DNA of 64,000 bases from positions 731,314 to 795,313 of the forward strand of contig MNCI01000751.1 of NCBI GenBank assembly GCA_015680685.1, in the 5' to 3' direction. This document shows, one piece after another, positions 24,478-36,712 of this stretch; positions within the stretch are counted from its first letter, which is position 1; every line of letters starts with the position of its first letter. The DNA is from Gnetum montanum (taxonomy: Eukaryota > Plantae > Gnetophyta). The notes below the pieces were generated by a model. It saw only the letters and a program-made list of their open reading frames with translations, was not told the origin of the DNA and made no database searches. Position numbers and translations under genes: made by a program.

Positions 24478-25003
24478 GGGATTTACCCATGGTAAACCTA
24501 TCATTTTCACTATCATAGCTAATAGTATAGAGCATAGTGCAATTCAAAAAGAGAGCGTAGTAGTAGTAACCTAACCATTGACAAATGCAAGTTTGACGTC
24601 AAGACAATGGTGCATAGGAGTGAGTGTAGACATCAAGGTCTCACCAATGTGGATGAAGGGGAGCACACCTTGTGATGGCTCCCTAGAGTACAAATTGAAG
24701 AATGATAGGAGGCACCATCTACTCGATAAGCCACTACACTGCCTTTGATTGTGTTGCAAATTTTTGTTTGTTGTTCTTGTTTTACTTTTGTTTTTTGAGG
24801 AAATTTTGTTGCCACTATCTCCACCATGGCTACTACGCCTTGGTTACCATGACTACTATAGCCACTATTTCATGGCTATTGCTACCATGGTAGTGGCTCC
24901 CACCATAGCTATGCCATGGCTGTTACCATTGCCCTTGTAGCTACCGCCATGGTCGTGACATCAGGACTACAGCTGCCATTACTACAACCCGAGGTGACGT
25001 ACC

Positions 25004-25036
25004 TATATATATATATATATATATATACATATATAT
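25004..25036. repeat. (TA)n microsatellite
   Basis: Read directly. Confidence 0.95.
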
Positions 25037-25527
25037 TGAAGAGGGTTTGGAGTGTTCTGGGCAACATAGCATGTGTGGGGAGGTTTTTTCTTATGTTCCA
25101 CGTGGTGGAATAGGCCAGGGGCTTTACAAATGTTCTGTGTTTTTCTTTAGGCAATGTTGCCTTTGACAGCATAACTGACAGGCTATGTCACATTTTGGTG
25201 CTTGTTACACTACGTGGGGTGTAGTTGCTATGCTACACATAACATAGCCACTATGCTACGCAAGCCATAGCCACTACTACTATGTTACGCATGTGGGGCA
25301 TAGTGGCAATGCTACTACATTGTGCATGCAGGCCGTAGCCACTACGCTGTGGGATGAATACTTGGAAAAATTTTGGTTTTCTTAATAGTACTATGGGTGT
25401 AATATCTCATACTTAGAAAAAAATTTTATACAAGGGGCTATTACACTATACAGCAATGTAATCGATACTTAGAAAAATTTTTCAAAAAATTTTGTAAACT
25501 AATGTTTTTGTTGTGTCATGTAGGGTT

Positions 25528-28500
25528 ATGTTAAAACCAATCTTGATCGTAATCGAATTAGTAGGGGTTCTAAGTTGCCTAAGTGCCCCTGTGGCTAATG
25601 TTCCCCTATTGTATGCATGAGTAAGGGACCATGTGGTCTAGTTTTGAGAAGGTGCAAGGGAATTTTTGGAGTTCCTACTATGTCATTTCAATGTAATAGT
25701 ATGGTCACACCTATCAGCTAAGACAATAGGTGTTTTGGTTAAAATGTTATTTCCTAGGATGAACCAAGGTATCTTGAGATTCATGATCAACAAATCCACT
25801 GAAAAAGAAGGATCAGGGGGCTCAAGTCAACATCCAAAATGCTTGAGACTCCTATCTTGGATTTGGGTCATGCTTGAATTTAAGTGCTATCACAAGTACA
25901 ACACATTATTCATCGCTCACCATATGGGCACCTTCTTTCAAAACCCACCTAGGATCGTCTACTGTGCTGGTGGGTGAGTCCTATAAAGATACTTAGACAT
26001 GTTATATCGTTTAGCTTGTATACATTAGAATGATTATTATGTTCTATGGGTTGCCAAATTTGTGATTGACAAGGATGACCTCCATGATAGAGAGGGGGCA
26101 TTGGCATTGACTTAGATAGATCTACAAGAGTTCTCTTCTGCTGAGAACATGTGTGTTGGGTTCATAGAACAATTGGGGCCAACTTTAAAACCTATCCAAC
26201 CAAATACGCTAAGTTCTATCTGAAGTGTGAGGAACTCGGGTGGTTGGATGTTGAATGGGCATCTCATCATGTACCCATCGTAGAAGAAGTTCTAGCGAAA
26301 ATACCATTGTTTCCCATGCCATTTACACCAGGTGAGTTAGGTTATGTGTTTTTTTTCATGTGCTCTTGATTGATTGATTTTTTTATGTGTTTGGCTAATT
26401 TTATTCTTGATTATTGTAGTGGTGACCAAGTCCAAGGAGGTTACAATAATTACCTCAAGACATGATGAAGCGAACCTCTTCTTTAAGTATGGTGATGTTG
26501 ATGAGTCACAACATTGGCTATGCAATAGGGCTCTAGTCACAATTGTTCATAAGGTCTAGGAGGCTAGGCTCATGGACCTCTTTTTGGTAGTAAATCCCAG
26601 TATTCATGTTGTGGAAATGCTCACCCTTGTCGATTCATTTACAGAAAGTGGTGACCACTTTCACACATGAGTCCACAATGTGTAGATGATGTTTGAAAAT
26701 ACCGAAAACCTTTTTTCAAATATTTTTGACATCCCTTCTAATGGTTTACTTGTGAGAGAGAAGACTGGAAAAGATGTAAACCATTGAGGGAGTGTAAAAT
26801 AATGGCTAGGGACAAACAAAGATCACAAGGGAATTTACATGAACAAGGTTAAGTTAGAGGTAGCCTAAGAGATTTACCCTATCTTCCAAGCTAGTGCCTT
26901 TCCAAAGATACTTTCCCAAGGAAAGATTCTTGGGGTAGAGCAACCCTGGATCATGAGAGATGTAATGGAAGAGGAGACATATTATAATTAGGCTAGGTAC
27001 CTTTTAGAAGGCTTACGGTCCGAAATGGTTAGGCTTTGTGACAAACTTGACACACATTTCAATGTGCATTTTTCCTTTTTTATAGTTTGTTTATGATGGT
27101 TTGTTGAATTCTTGGTGGTTCAGGAGAATAGGATTTGAGTGTTATAGGATCGTACCCAAATATCCAAACCATGGATCTACTAGGTATTTTGCACCAACCA
27201 ATCTCAGGACCCTCTATAAGCTATCAGGGAGTCCTTTTCAATAATGACAAAGGATTGGGTGGGATCATCTTTTCATGCACAAGATAGCTTTGGAGAGGCC
27301 CCCCCACCCCTCGCCCCCCACTAACATAGGCAACATAGTGAGGGGGGCATGCGTTATTGCAAAAATGGTGAAGTCAAAGTTGCAACTTAAGAAGCCTTGT
27401 CCTGTAGAAGAGCCTCCATGTATAAGCGAGGGAAGGGGCAAAAGATTATGGATCAAAGTTTGTAATGTGCAATCTACGCTTGTTGGTGAGTATTCCTTAG
27501 CTATCTTGCTCACTGCTTTTTTCTTTTTCATGCACATGTGGGGCTAGCATCTTAACTTTGGCTTATGTTTAGTAGATGAAGAAGAGATTTTCCCTCCTGA
27601 GATAGAGGCCCCTACTATGGACAAAGAGGAGGCCCCTACCATAGATGAACCTTTTATAGATTGTGCCCTAGAACCTAAGGGGAAAATGATAGTGTAAGAT
27701 GCTACCATATTTTTAAGGCAGTTTGAGGAAGAAGGGCTATAGTTTGAGGCTGGTGAGTTTGATGATTTGTTTGATAGTGTGCCAATGGGAAATCCCCCAG
27801 CTCTCACCCATGAGGGTTTCCTAGGTAGGAGCTTTGCACTATCATTTATGTTACTTCTCACTTTCCATTTTCTCTTCTTCACAATGCTAACATGCTTTAT
27901 TACATAGTAGGCACTACTTCTACTAAGGATCCTCAGTCTTCCTCTTCATTTCCCCTATAGCCATGGATAGAAACCTTGAATAAATTTTCTTTTATGAAAG
28001 GGGTAGTTGATGATATGATTGACCTCTTAAGGTAAATTGACCCTGAGATAGCTGTGTTTGAACTACAAAATTTTCTCTCTATTTTATTCTCTTTTTTTCC
28101 ATCATCTTATAATTAATGCTTCCTTATGTTTGATATAACAGCTTCTCGACTTAAGTGGGACCCAAAACAAGTGGTTGAAGTCGATGCTATACCTAAACTC
28201 CCTTCGAAGTCAACCAATGTGCCTTGTCATGTATACGAGGAGGAAAGAAAATGTGTGTTATACTTAGCATGATCCTTGTGGGAGTGTAGATGCATTAACA
28301 AAGATCTCTAGAAAAGGGTTCAAAAACTTGAAAATGAGAAAGTGAGTCAAGCAGTTAAGCTAGAAGATTTGTGGTTATGGAATGAGTTTTTGATGGCTTA
28401 CAACACTTATGATGGTAGTTGGTCTATGACCATAATCAATTATGCTAAATACTAGTCAATTGTACGAGGAAAAAACAAGGCTACCCCTGAAGTAATTGAA

Positions 28501-29124
28501 TAGCATTTGCAAATGGATCTATTAGCCCAGAAGAATCAAGATTGGAAGGATTACAATGCCAAAGTATATGAGTGGGGGCAAGCACAAAAGGACCACAAAC
28601 ACATGTATAAGATGGAATGTGCCACCTATCACCAAAAATACCAAGATGCATCTATAAAATGGCATACTCGTGAGCTATTTCTCAATGTAATTGGTGCTAA
28701 GTAGGCCTATGATAAATTTTCAAAGCATGTAGTGGTGAGTGAATCTCATAAGAGAAAGATGACCTTGCCTTTTGGGGATATCACTACTACCACCTTTTTC
28801 CCAGGGCCATCCACTTGGACAGCTCTGGAGAAAGGAAAGATTGCATTAGGTCTTGATCTAGGATAAGAGGATTGGGCCAATTTAATGGAGCAAGAAATTA
28901 TGCGATGCCTAGTATTTGGCCTTGACAAAATACCTCTAAAGATGGATCCAAGCCCATCTCAGGTTAGCCAAGCTTTACTTTATTGTAGTTTATTTGGTGA
29001 AAGCCTTATGTATTATCCTTTCTCACTCATTGATGCATTACTTTATTCTTGATTCATGTAGGATCCAAATGAGAATGCGGGACCTAGCGAGGCAGTAGAT
29101 AAAGACACTGGCAAAGACTCATAG
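25528..29124 (+). pseudogene. Multi-exon antisense accessory gene: FCP1/SCP(NIF)-like HAD domain + gypsy accessory (Transposase_32/Athila-ORF-like) domain + coiled coil
   Basis: Acceptor TGTAG at 25522-23 then ATG 25528. Translation MLKPILIVIELVGVL...F*EGAREFLEFLLCHFNVIVWS...LRLLSWIW...YHKYNTLFIAHH...QNPP. Introns 26332-26419, 27825-27907/27910, ~28032-28141 and 28963-29061. Terminal exon DPNENAGPSEAVDKDTGKDS* with stop at 29122-29124. Confidence 0.72.
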
Positions 29125-29307
29125 CTTGTTGAAAACATTTTTTCTTTGAAATATAACCTTTTTTGTTAGGAAATGTTGCAACTCTAAGTATGGACTCAAA
29201 TTTGGACTATATATATTTGCAGTTTAATGAAACATAATATTCTTGTCTTATTTTCTTTGATTAATATATTTTTGTTAATGTACTTGGGCCTCCCGTGGGC
29301 CCCATGC

Positions 29308-29610
29308 TCTAGTTTAAGGTCATTCCAGGTTGTACAATAGTTTAAGGCCACTTTGGGTCATACAATAGTTTAAGGTCATTTTAGGCCATCACTAATGTAG
29401 TCTTTGGAGAGTGGGTTGCTAGTTTTATCCCTTGGCGGGTTGTGCAATAGTTTAAGGCTATTTTGGGTCATTGCTAGTTTAGGTTCGTTTCAGGCCATTG
29501 CTAGTTTAGGGCCATTTTGGGCTATTGCTAGTTTAGGGACATTTCAAGCCATTGCTAATGTAAGGTCAGGGGAGGTTGCTAGTTTTAGGCCTTGGAAGGC
29601 CATGCGATAG
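29308..29610. repeat. Family-motif array (~9 units) at the gag-proximal end of the E3 spacer
   Basis: TAGTTTAAGG(T/C)CATTTTGGG(C/T)CATTGC-type units, period ~28-30. Confidence 0.85.
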
Positions 29611-31103
29611 TTATACTTGAAGTGAGTCAAAAATTAGCTCAAAAACTCTTCTAACGTTAAAATTGACATGTGAGGAAGTGCATGATACCAATCCAAAGCC
29701 TTACTAGTCAATGAAATGATGAAAACATGAATAATTGCATGCAACCATGACTATAATAATAGGGACTCATATCTGAAAGTAATGAGATGGATGTTTGAAT
29801 CACCCTCTCCATTGTATTTCGTGAACTAGGGAAGTTGTACCCCAAGAGGCAATGTAAGTGGAGGAACAATAAGGCTAACAGGGTCATCATGATAAAAATT
29901 CATGACTGGGACTATTTTAGAACTAGTGGCTTTAAGCCACTTAACTTCATCCATGAGGATCTAGATAAGCTAAAAGCCTTGGTCCAATCTTGGGGGTGTT
30001 ATGGGAGGTTGCATGAATTGGACCACTTGTGGAGCTACCAAAGCAACCATCATTGGAGGTGTTGTTGGTGCAGCAACTAGTCCCATTGGAGGTGTTGTCG
30101 GAGTGGCTTCCATTGGTGGCACTACTTGAGTGGCCCACAACCCACTGAGTGGTGCTACTAGAGCATCTACCATTGGTGGTGCCATGGGAATGGTTACATG
30201 TCTAGTTGCTGGAGTAGCCCATAGCCCCATGGTTGGTTGTGCCATGTTTGATGCTTGATACATGTGGGGTTGTACATATTGTGGCATCTGAGATACTTGA
30301 ACCGTAGGAAAGGATGTTGTTTTCCACCACACTATTGAGGTTGGGCCTGCTACTAATGGTGGAATGGGTACAAAATAGGTAATAGAAGTAGGACTTATTT
30401 ACGATTGTGATGTGGGCATGGTATGCACATAGGGTAGTGTAGGCATCATAGACGTTGGTTGCATAACTTGAATGGATTGAGAAGGAATGATAAAGGGGAA
30501 TGAAATCAAAGGCCCTGCATGCTATTGTGATGAAAACATTTGATGACTACCCATCACCAAGAATGGTTTGTGGTGTGGTAGTGTCATAGCAGTCACAAAA
30601 GAAGTAGAAGATTGTGATTGGTGTGAATGAAAGATGGATGTAGACTGAGTAGCTATGGTATAGAAGGGGCCACCACCCTCAGAGTGGGATTCTAACTCCT
30701 CTTGACCATCGTGAAGAGGTTCATCGTAGTGAGACACTATGTCCCATTCTCTTGACCCACCCAATTGCATAAGTTGGTTTAAAATCCATTAAAACATTTC
30801 AGTGAGGGGGATGATGGTCTTAAGAATGGGAAGGAATTCCCTATCACTCTAGTGGATAATTTCAAAATTATGATTTTTCTTGAATTCACGATGATCTAAT
30901 GGTAGGCTTTCTTGGATCTTTTCACATAAGAAGTTGTATCGCTCTTTGTCACAAGGCATATGTTTAAGCAATTGATGTTGCAGTGGAAGAGACTATCATG
31001 GTATCCATACTAGGCTAAGTGGTTGCTTGTGATCCATCCCACGTTGTAGGGGATGAGCTATTTCCAAGCCCAAAGTGGTAGCTAAGGTGTTAGGTGGATT
31101 CAT
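29611..31103 (-). pseudogene. gag: E3 gag N-terminal half, 3'-truncated
   Basis: FYHDDPVS...KYNGEGDSNIHLITF...SLTSKALDWYHALP...FLTHFKYN, then an abrupt junction to the repeat array. Confidence 0.85.
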
Positions 31104-31566
31104 TCTTGTTGTGCTAAAGAAGACATGCACAATACAACAATCAATGGGAAATGGTGAATTATAGTAAATTTTGTGCTAATGTGCCTAAATAGCCAAAAAT
31201 GAGAAAGTTTGAACGAACTACCAAAAATAGTAGTTTACACTATTACGCTATGCTAGGGGGGAACTGCTACACTGGAGAAAAGTGTTACGCTACAGGTGTT
31301 ACATTGTTCATGATACACTACACAGAATAGAGATAATGTAATGCAGTAGACAATGTTGGGCTTTTCATGCTATGGGGTTCCAGTGGAACCATCAATAGGG
31401 ACTGATCTACATCGACACAAATGTAGACCACTCTTGCACTAGTCTAAGAGCTAGCTACTACCATAGTATGTCCATAGGGTTGTTATGTCTACACTAGTTT
31501 GTTGTTACTAATGAGGGTATAGAAAGCATGTAGGACTACCCGTAGCACATAGAATGGAGGTTCAAG

Positions 31567-31580
31567 CCATCCTTCTAGCA
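31567..31580 (-). promoter_or_regulatory. E3 PBS remnant (tRNA-Asn type)
   Basis: CCATCCTTCTAGCA matches the E1 PBS; the adjacent CCA and ~100 bp of LTR end are deleted. Confidence 0.7.
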
Positions 31581-33600
31581 AATAGGGCATCCTGAGTGGT
31601 CTAGTTGATCAATCAGTGACTTACATGGTGTCAAATAACCATTCATAGATAATGATTTTTAAGCATCACATTCAATAGTTTAGCATAAGTAGCCTTGCAA
31701 CATGTATAATAGTGAGAAAATATGAGCGTAGATGCATATGACCATAAAAAGAAATAGATACGCTAATAATTAAAAATGTTGTAGAAAAAAATGAAATGAG
31801 AGTGTGAGTCAAGAAATGCACTACCCCAAAATTTGGGGACATGGCTTTTTATTGAATGATGTGTACAATTGGTGTGCAACATAGATAGAAATAGCTGGGT
31901 AGCAGGGCAATATAATCACACTCTCTAGAGTGCTACAAATGTGATGTTGATGCTTGCTAATCTGAACGTTGCTACGCTATGCTTGGGAAAATGTCACGTT
32001 CAAGCATGGGAGTGGAATAAGGACTTGAAACACTAATACTGAGATTTGCCACTCATCAACCTTCTACTCACTAATCTTCTCCTGACGTGCACTGCAAAAT
32101 CCAACCCTTAGAATGTCATTTACAGGGGTATTTATAGAGCCAAGGTTGGGGGAGAGACGTGATTGGAATGTCATGTGTCCTGGGTCCCACGTAGCATGAA
32201 TGTAAACTTGTCACGCTAGTTTAAAATGTGGTGCTATGTTGATGTGCTGCTCTGAAGGGAACAAAAACAAGAGTAGGAACAACTATCCAACTATGAGCAC
32301 ATTGCCCAGACTGAACATGCCAAAATCCAAAACTGTCATGTCTTTACAAGAGTGTGTAGAAAAAATGCAAATTGGAGCCTATGCTCTAGGACTATGTCTT
32401 CCCTTCTCTTTCGAGTAGGTTCAAGCATAGGGACAACTTTTGAAAATCAACAAGGGGTGCAAAAAATAAAGCAAACTACTAATCTTAGTTGTCAAGGAGA
32501 TGTCGGAGTAGAAATGACCATCAATGATGAGTTCTAAAACTTTTGGAGATGTCTCAAGGCTTCTTCTCAAGTGTTACATTGTCTACACTATCCAATGTAG
32601 CAGAGTAGCGTAAACACTAGCCTACTACACTATGCTACGTTGCATAGTGTAGCATAGCATAGCACACCTTTGTTAATAAATTTTTTTAAAATTGATAGTA
32701 CCACTCTGAGACCTAGTGAGGCATGTAACTTCAACAATTGGAAATCATGATTTTCATGTTGAAAGAGCCTGAGACCTCCTAGTTTCATTCTTGAGACACT
32801 TTTGACCTTGATATCTCTATTATGCTATGCTACGCTGTGCATCATAGCACAGCGTAGCACCTGATTTTGGATCAATTTTAACTTAACCTGTAATGCTCTA
32901 CCATGAGACCTTGGCCATGTTCTAAGGCCAAATTGGGACAAGCAGCCTTGAAGGTTGAAGAATGGTCAAGTGCATTTTTCATGTCAGAATAGCTTCAGGG
33001 AAGATTTTGTGGATGTTGGTACCTCGTTACGATATGCTACGCTATGCAGCATAGCACAACATCGCATCCAAATTAGGATGACTTTCATGAAACTTTCCTT
33101 ATTTTTCCATGTCATACTAATCATACTCCGAGGCTACAGCAAGTTAGGCATCCTTGGAAGTCAAATAATTACTCAAATGCACCTTCTATATCTGGTTTAA
33201 CACTTGAGAAATTTTTAGCACTGCATGGCCTACTACACTGTTTATGCTATGTAGTGTAGGGTAGCGTAACAGGTCAAAAATAGAAAATTTTCCAAACTAT
33301 TTTGTGCATTCTAAACACTTTTGACTACTCCTAACCTGGCACTTAGGTGGACTAGCAACCAGGATGGCCTAGAAGATAGAAAGTTTTTCAAATTTTTTAG
33401 TCCACTCTTGGTGCTCTTTTGATGAAAATTGGCCATGGACCTAGATGCTACGCTGACTATGCTGAGGGGCATAGTAGATAGACTCAAAAAAAAAAATTGC
33501 AGGCATTTGGACTTCTAGGATTCCATGCGATCTATGTTGTCCATAATGCTTGAGCAGATCTCATGCTGAGTCACGAGAGCCCAAAATTAATGTTGTTTTA
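31581..33600 (-). repeat. E3 5' LTR (inner end truncated)
   Basis: Shares blocks with the E1 LTR (GACTTACA.GGTGTCAAATAACC; ACTACTAATCTTAGTTGTCAAGGAGATG). Ends CAAAATTAATGTTGTTTTA, like the E2 LTR end. Confidence 0.8.
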
Positions 33601-36600
33601 TAAGCCTCCATCAAGGTGACCTTAAGGTTTGGTCTTGGCCTAGGTGACTTATCTTGGTGGGATTGTTTAGTTATGGTTGCTTCAGGAATCTATCTAATAG
33701 ACTCCACTTTTGGCTCCTCCCGAACAGGTCTCATTGCATGTGTTTCAACTGCCTAGTATTGAGGCTGTTCTTAGCCCCTTCTAGTTCTTGGACATTTGTC
33801 CCTTGGTTGGGACTATCCTGCCTCCTATAGGTGATTTCCCTTTGGTTCCATCTATGATTACAATAGAATCAAGTATTAGCATGTGATGTGTAACTTATAA
33901 CATCTAGGTACCTTATCTTGTTGGTTAGTTACACTTTGGCCAAGTTGTCATCATGGTAGATTGATTATTTTAATATTTTAATACTATTTTAACATTATTT
34001 GATTAATATGGCCACCAAAGTTTGTTGGAAGGATTTAACTTTCATAACTTAATGATTTTAATGTTAGTTTATTAGTTAAACCTTTGTGGGAGTTAGAAAA
34101 ATGATGAAAAAATTTTCATAAAAAACATAGTGCTTATGGATCCCATGACATAGAGCTTACCTCTAGTAGTTGCAAGACTAAAGAACAAGGGTAATCAGAC
34201 AAATAGTTTGAAAGTTATGGGCTTTGGAAGTTTTTGGGCTCTAAAAAATGCAAAAAATACCATCTCGTTTTGTGAGCAAATGTGAAAAAATTGCTATGTG
34301 TTGTTCATATATGTAGACATTTTGTATCGCATCGATAGGATCTTGTTTATAGGATCACATCAATATGGGCAACTCCATAGATGGGATCACGTCGATGAGG
34401 CCTATAAGCAAAATTTTCACATTAAAAATTATAAAAAGATAGAGATAGTTAACACATGAACTTGGAATCCTTGGAGAGACAAAATAGCCATAAACATGGT
34501 GATATTCTTGAAGAGGACTAGATGATTCACAAAAAATGAGTTTTTAGTTGGAGAATAAATTTTGAAGGAGTGCATAGTTAGATGAAACCAATGGAGTGCA
34601 CAAAGGATTTGCTTGTAAAAATGCCTAAGGATAAGGAACTTAAGTAGCCTAACAAGAAGTATGCAAGTGGGTCCTTCCTATAGTAGGCTCATGCCCTTAA
34701 TGCCCTTGCACTCCTTCAAACCAAGGAGGCAATGGGCCCCATGGGTGATTAATGGTTGTGGAAAGTTAGGGACTAAATCCTATAATAATTTACCTAATAA
34801 TTTTAACACATTAAAGTAAGACATCAAATGAAACCATGAAAAACTAGCAATGAGGCAAATTATGAAAAGCAGTGATGGATGAAAGGGAAGGTGGAATGGA
34901 GTCTCGAATCATGGTCACATGAAGTCCCTTGTTGATTCTATGGTTAAAATGATCCAATAAAGTTCATCCTTAGTCCAAACTAAAACCAACCACTTCCAGT
35001 GACTTTGCACCAATAGTTTAAGACCAATCCATCCCTCAAGATACAAGAATGATTCCACAGATCAATCATTGTTCCTAAAAGAGAAGAAAAGAGAAGCAGA
35101 AAGTGAGAAAGAACCTTAGTTAGAGGGAACCTTTAGGCATGTGTAACATGTCTTTCTAGTTTCATAACCATTGTTTGTAGCTCGTTATTTAGTATAAGGG
35201 ATGTGCTTTGAATTCCCATCATGTTTTTTTGGCTTTTATATTTTTATGATTTTTGGATGGGAACCACATCATTCAAAGACTTTAACTTCTTATTATTGGT
35301 CAATGTTAGAATGGTGAGAAATCCATGAAAATACTCATGCACTCAAGAGGCTAAATAGGTAAAAAGAGCATTAAATACCCTTTAATTCACACCCTTATCA
35401 ATCCATTTAATCATACCCAAGTTTGAAAACTACCAAGATATCAAGTTTGTTAAAAGTGTTTATTAAGGAAGGGACTTCATATTTCCAAAACAATGAACAC
35501 CATAGAGTTTTGTGGTTGGGTGGATGACATGGATTCATTGCGTTTTTCATGAAAAAGAAACCATGTTTTATTTATCAATACTAAAATTCAACAAGAGAAT
35601 CTAAACATTATCAATCAAATAACACTAAGTACAAACCACCATTATCAAAGGGCTACAACATCATTGTGTCCTATTGGCAATAAAGGAAAAGAAGATAAAC
35701 ATGAGAAAAACATTAGAAAATTCAAACTAAATAAAGTAAAATATAGAAGAAATTGTAAAATATTCAAGAAAGGAAAATTGTACTAAATATGTTGTAAAAC
35801 AACAAATGATGTAAAATAAAAAAATTGACAAAGCACTTAATAGTTCTTAGTTTAAGATGGAGGATCTACCCCATGACTAAGTTCATAGTCGAGACAAGAA
35901 CTACTAAGTGGGTTATATGCTTCTATGGATTTTTTGAATAGTTCAACATTCTCATTTATGAGAAAGTAGGTGTTCTTTGATTTATTGGCTATTTTGTGGA
36001 CTTGGTTTTGCACACATTCTTATTTCTTATGTTTGTCATGGACTAGTGTAGGAATTGAATGAACACTTTGAACCTTTAGCCCATAATTGCATCCTTTGTT
36101 ATTACTAGTAATGCATGGAGTATCTTGTCTTTCCTCAATGATAGCTTTTACATTTTTTGTTGGAGTGGTGATAGTTGTTGGCTCTTGCATAGGATTGGAA
36201 GGCATTGTTTCTGCAAGGAAGGATGTTTCACCAAATTGGTCTTATTCTGGTTTTGCTGAGCTTGTAGGTCTATGCATCTTCTTCGCATGAGTGGGAACCA
36301 TCCTAAAGAAGGGATGTCTCCTAGATTTCTATGGAGATTTCTTTCATTGATATTGTGGTGCCCCTTCTTTCTGCATTATTGATGGTAACTTATGAAGGAG
36401 AGAAATATAAGAGTAGTAAGGATGTGTTGAAGGATAAGGGGTGCAAGATGGTGATCCCATAGGAGATGCTACATGTTGATGATATTCAAGAGGGTGGTAG
36501 CAGTGATTTGATGTAGAGGAAGTAGAACTAGTTGGAGAAATAGGTTTTTGAACATAGTATCCATGAGGGTCTTGCTGGCAATAAGGGTATTGTTAGTTTG

Positions 36601-36712
36601 TTGGTAACCTCCCCCACAATTATGGGTTCTACCACTACAGTTGATAATTGTGTTGACATTGATAGGAGACTATTAGGATAGTACTGTTGGTTATAGGACT
36701 ATCTATAATTGT
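33601..36712 (-). mobile_element. E7: internal fragment of an old Athila-type element (gag C-terminus, ~2 kb non-coding, start of env-like ORF)
   Basis: 35880-36712 is homologous to the P/Q-rich gag tail at 58300-58700. Acceptor+ATG at 33849-33853 gives MEPKG...MRPVREEPKVES...NLKVTLMEAY, matching the E5 ORF MRAYFREEPKVEF...NLEVTFSKAY. Interrupted by E3 at 33600 and by the E5 LTR at 36713. Confidence 0.7.

Larger units (their letters stand above)
1..33600 (-). mobile_element. E3: old Tat/Ogre-type Ty3/gypsy element (3' LTR outside window) hosting E1 and E2
   Basis: 5' LTR ~31581-33600, PBS remnant 31567-31580, gag 29611-31103, pol 21413-23965 plus 10303-11230, 3' region 9438-10300 and 1-68. 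The integrase frame rejoins across E2. Confidence 0.8.

Noticed and set aside
25528-29124. Functional host phosphatase gene
   Set aside because: Many in-frame stops at the same decay level as the surrounding element, fusion to a retroelement accessory domain, and embedding between family repeat arrays.
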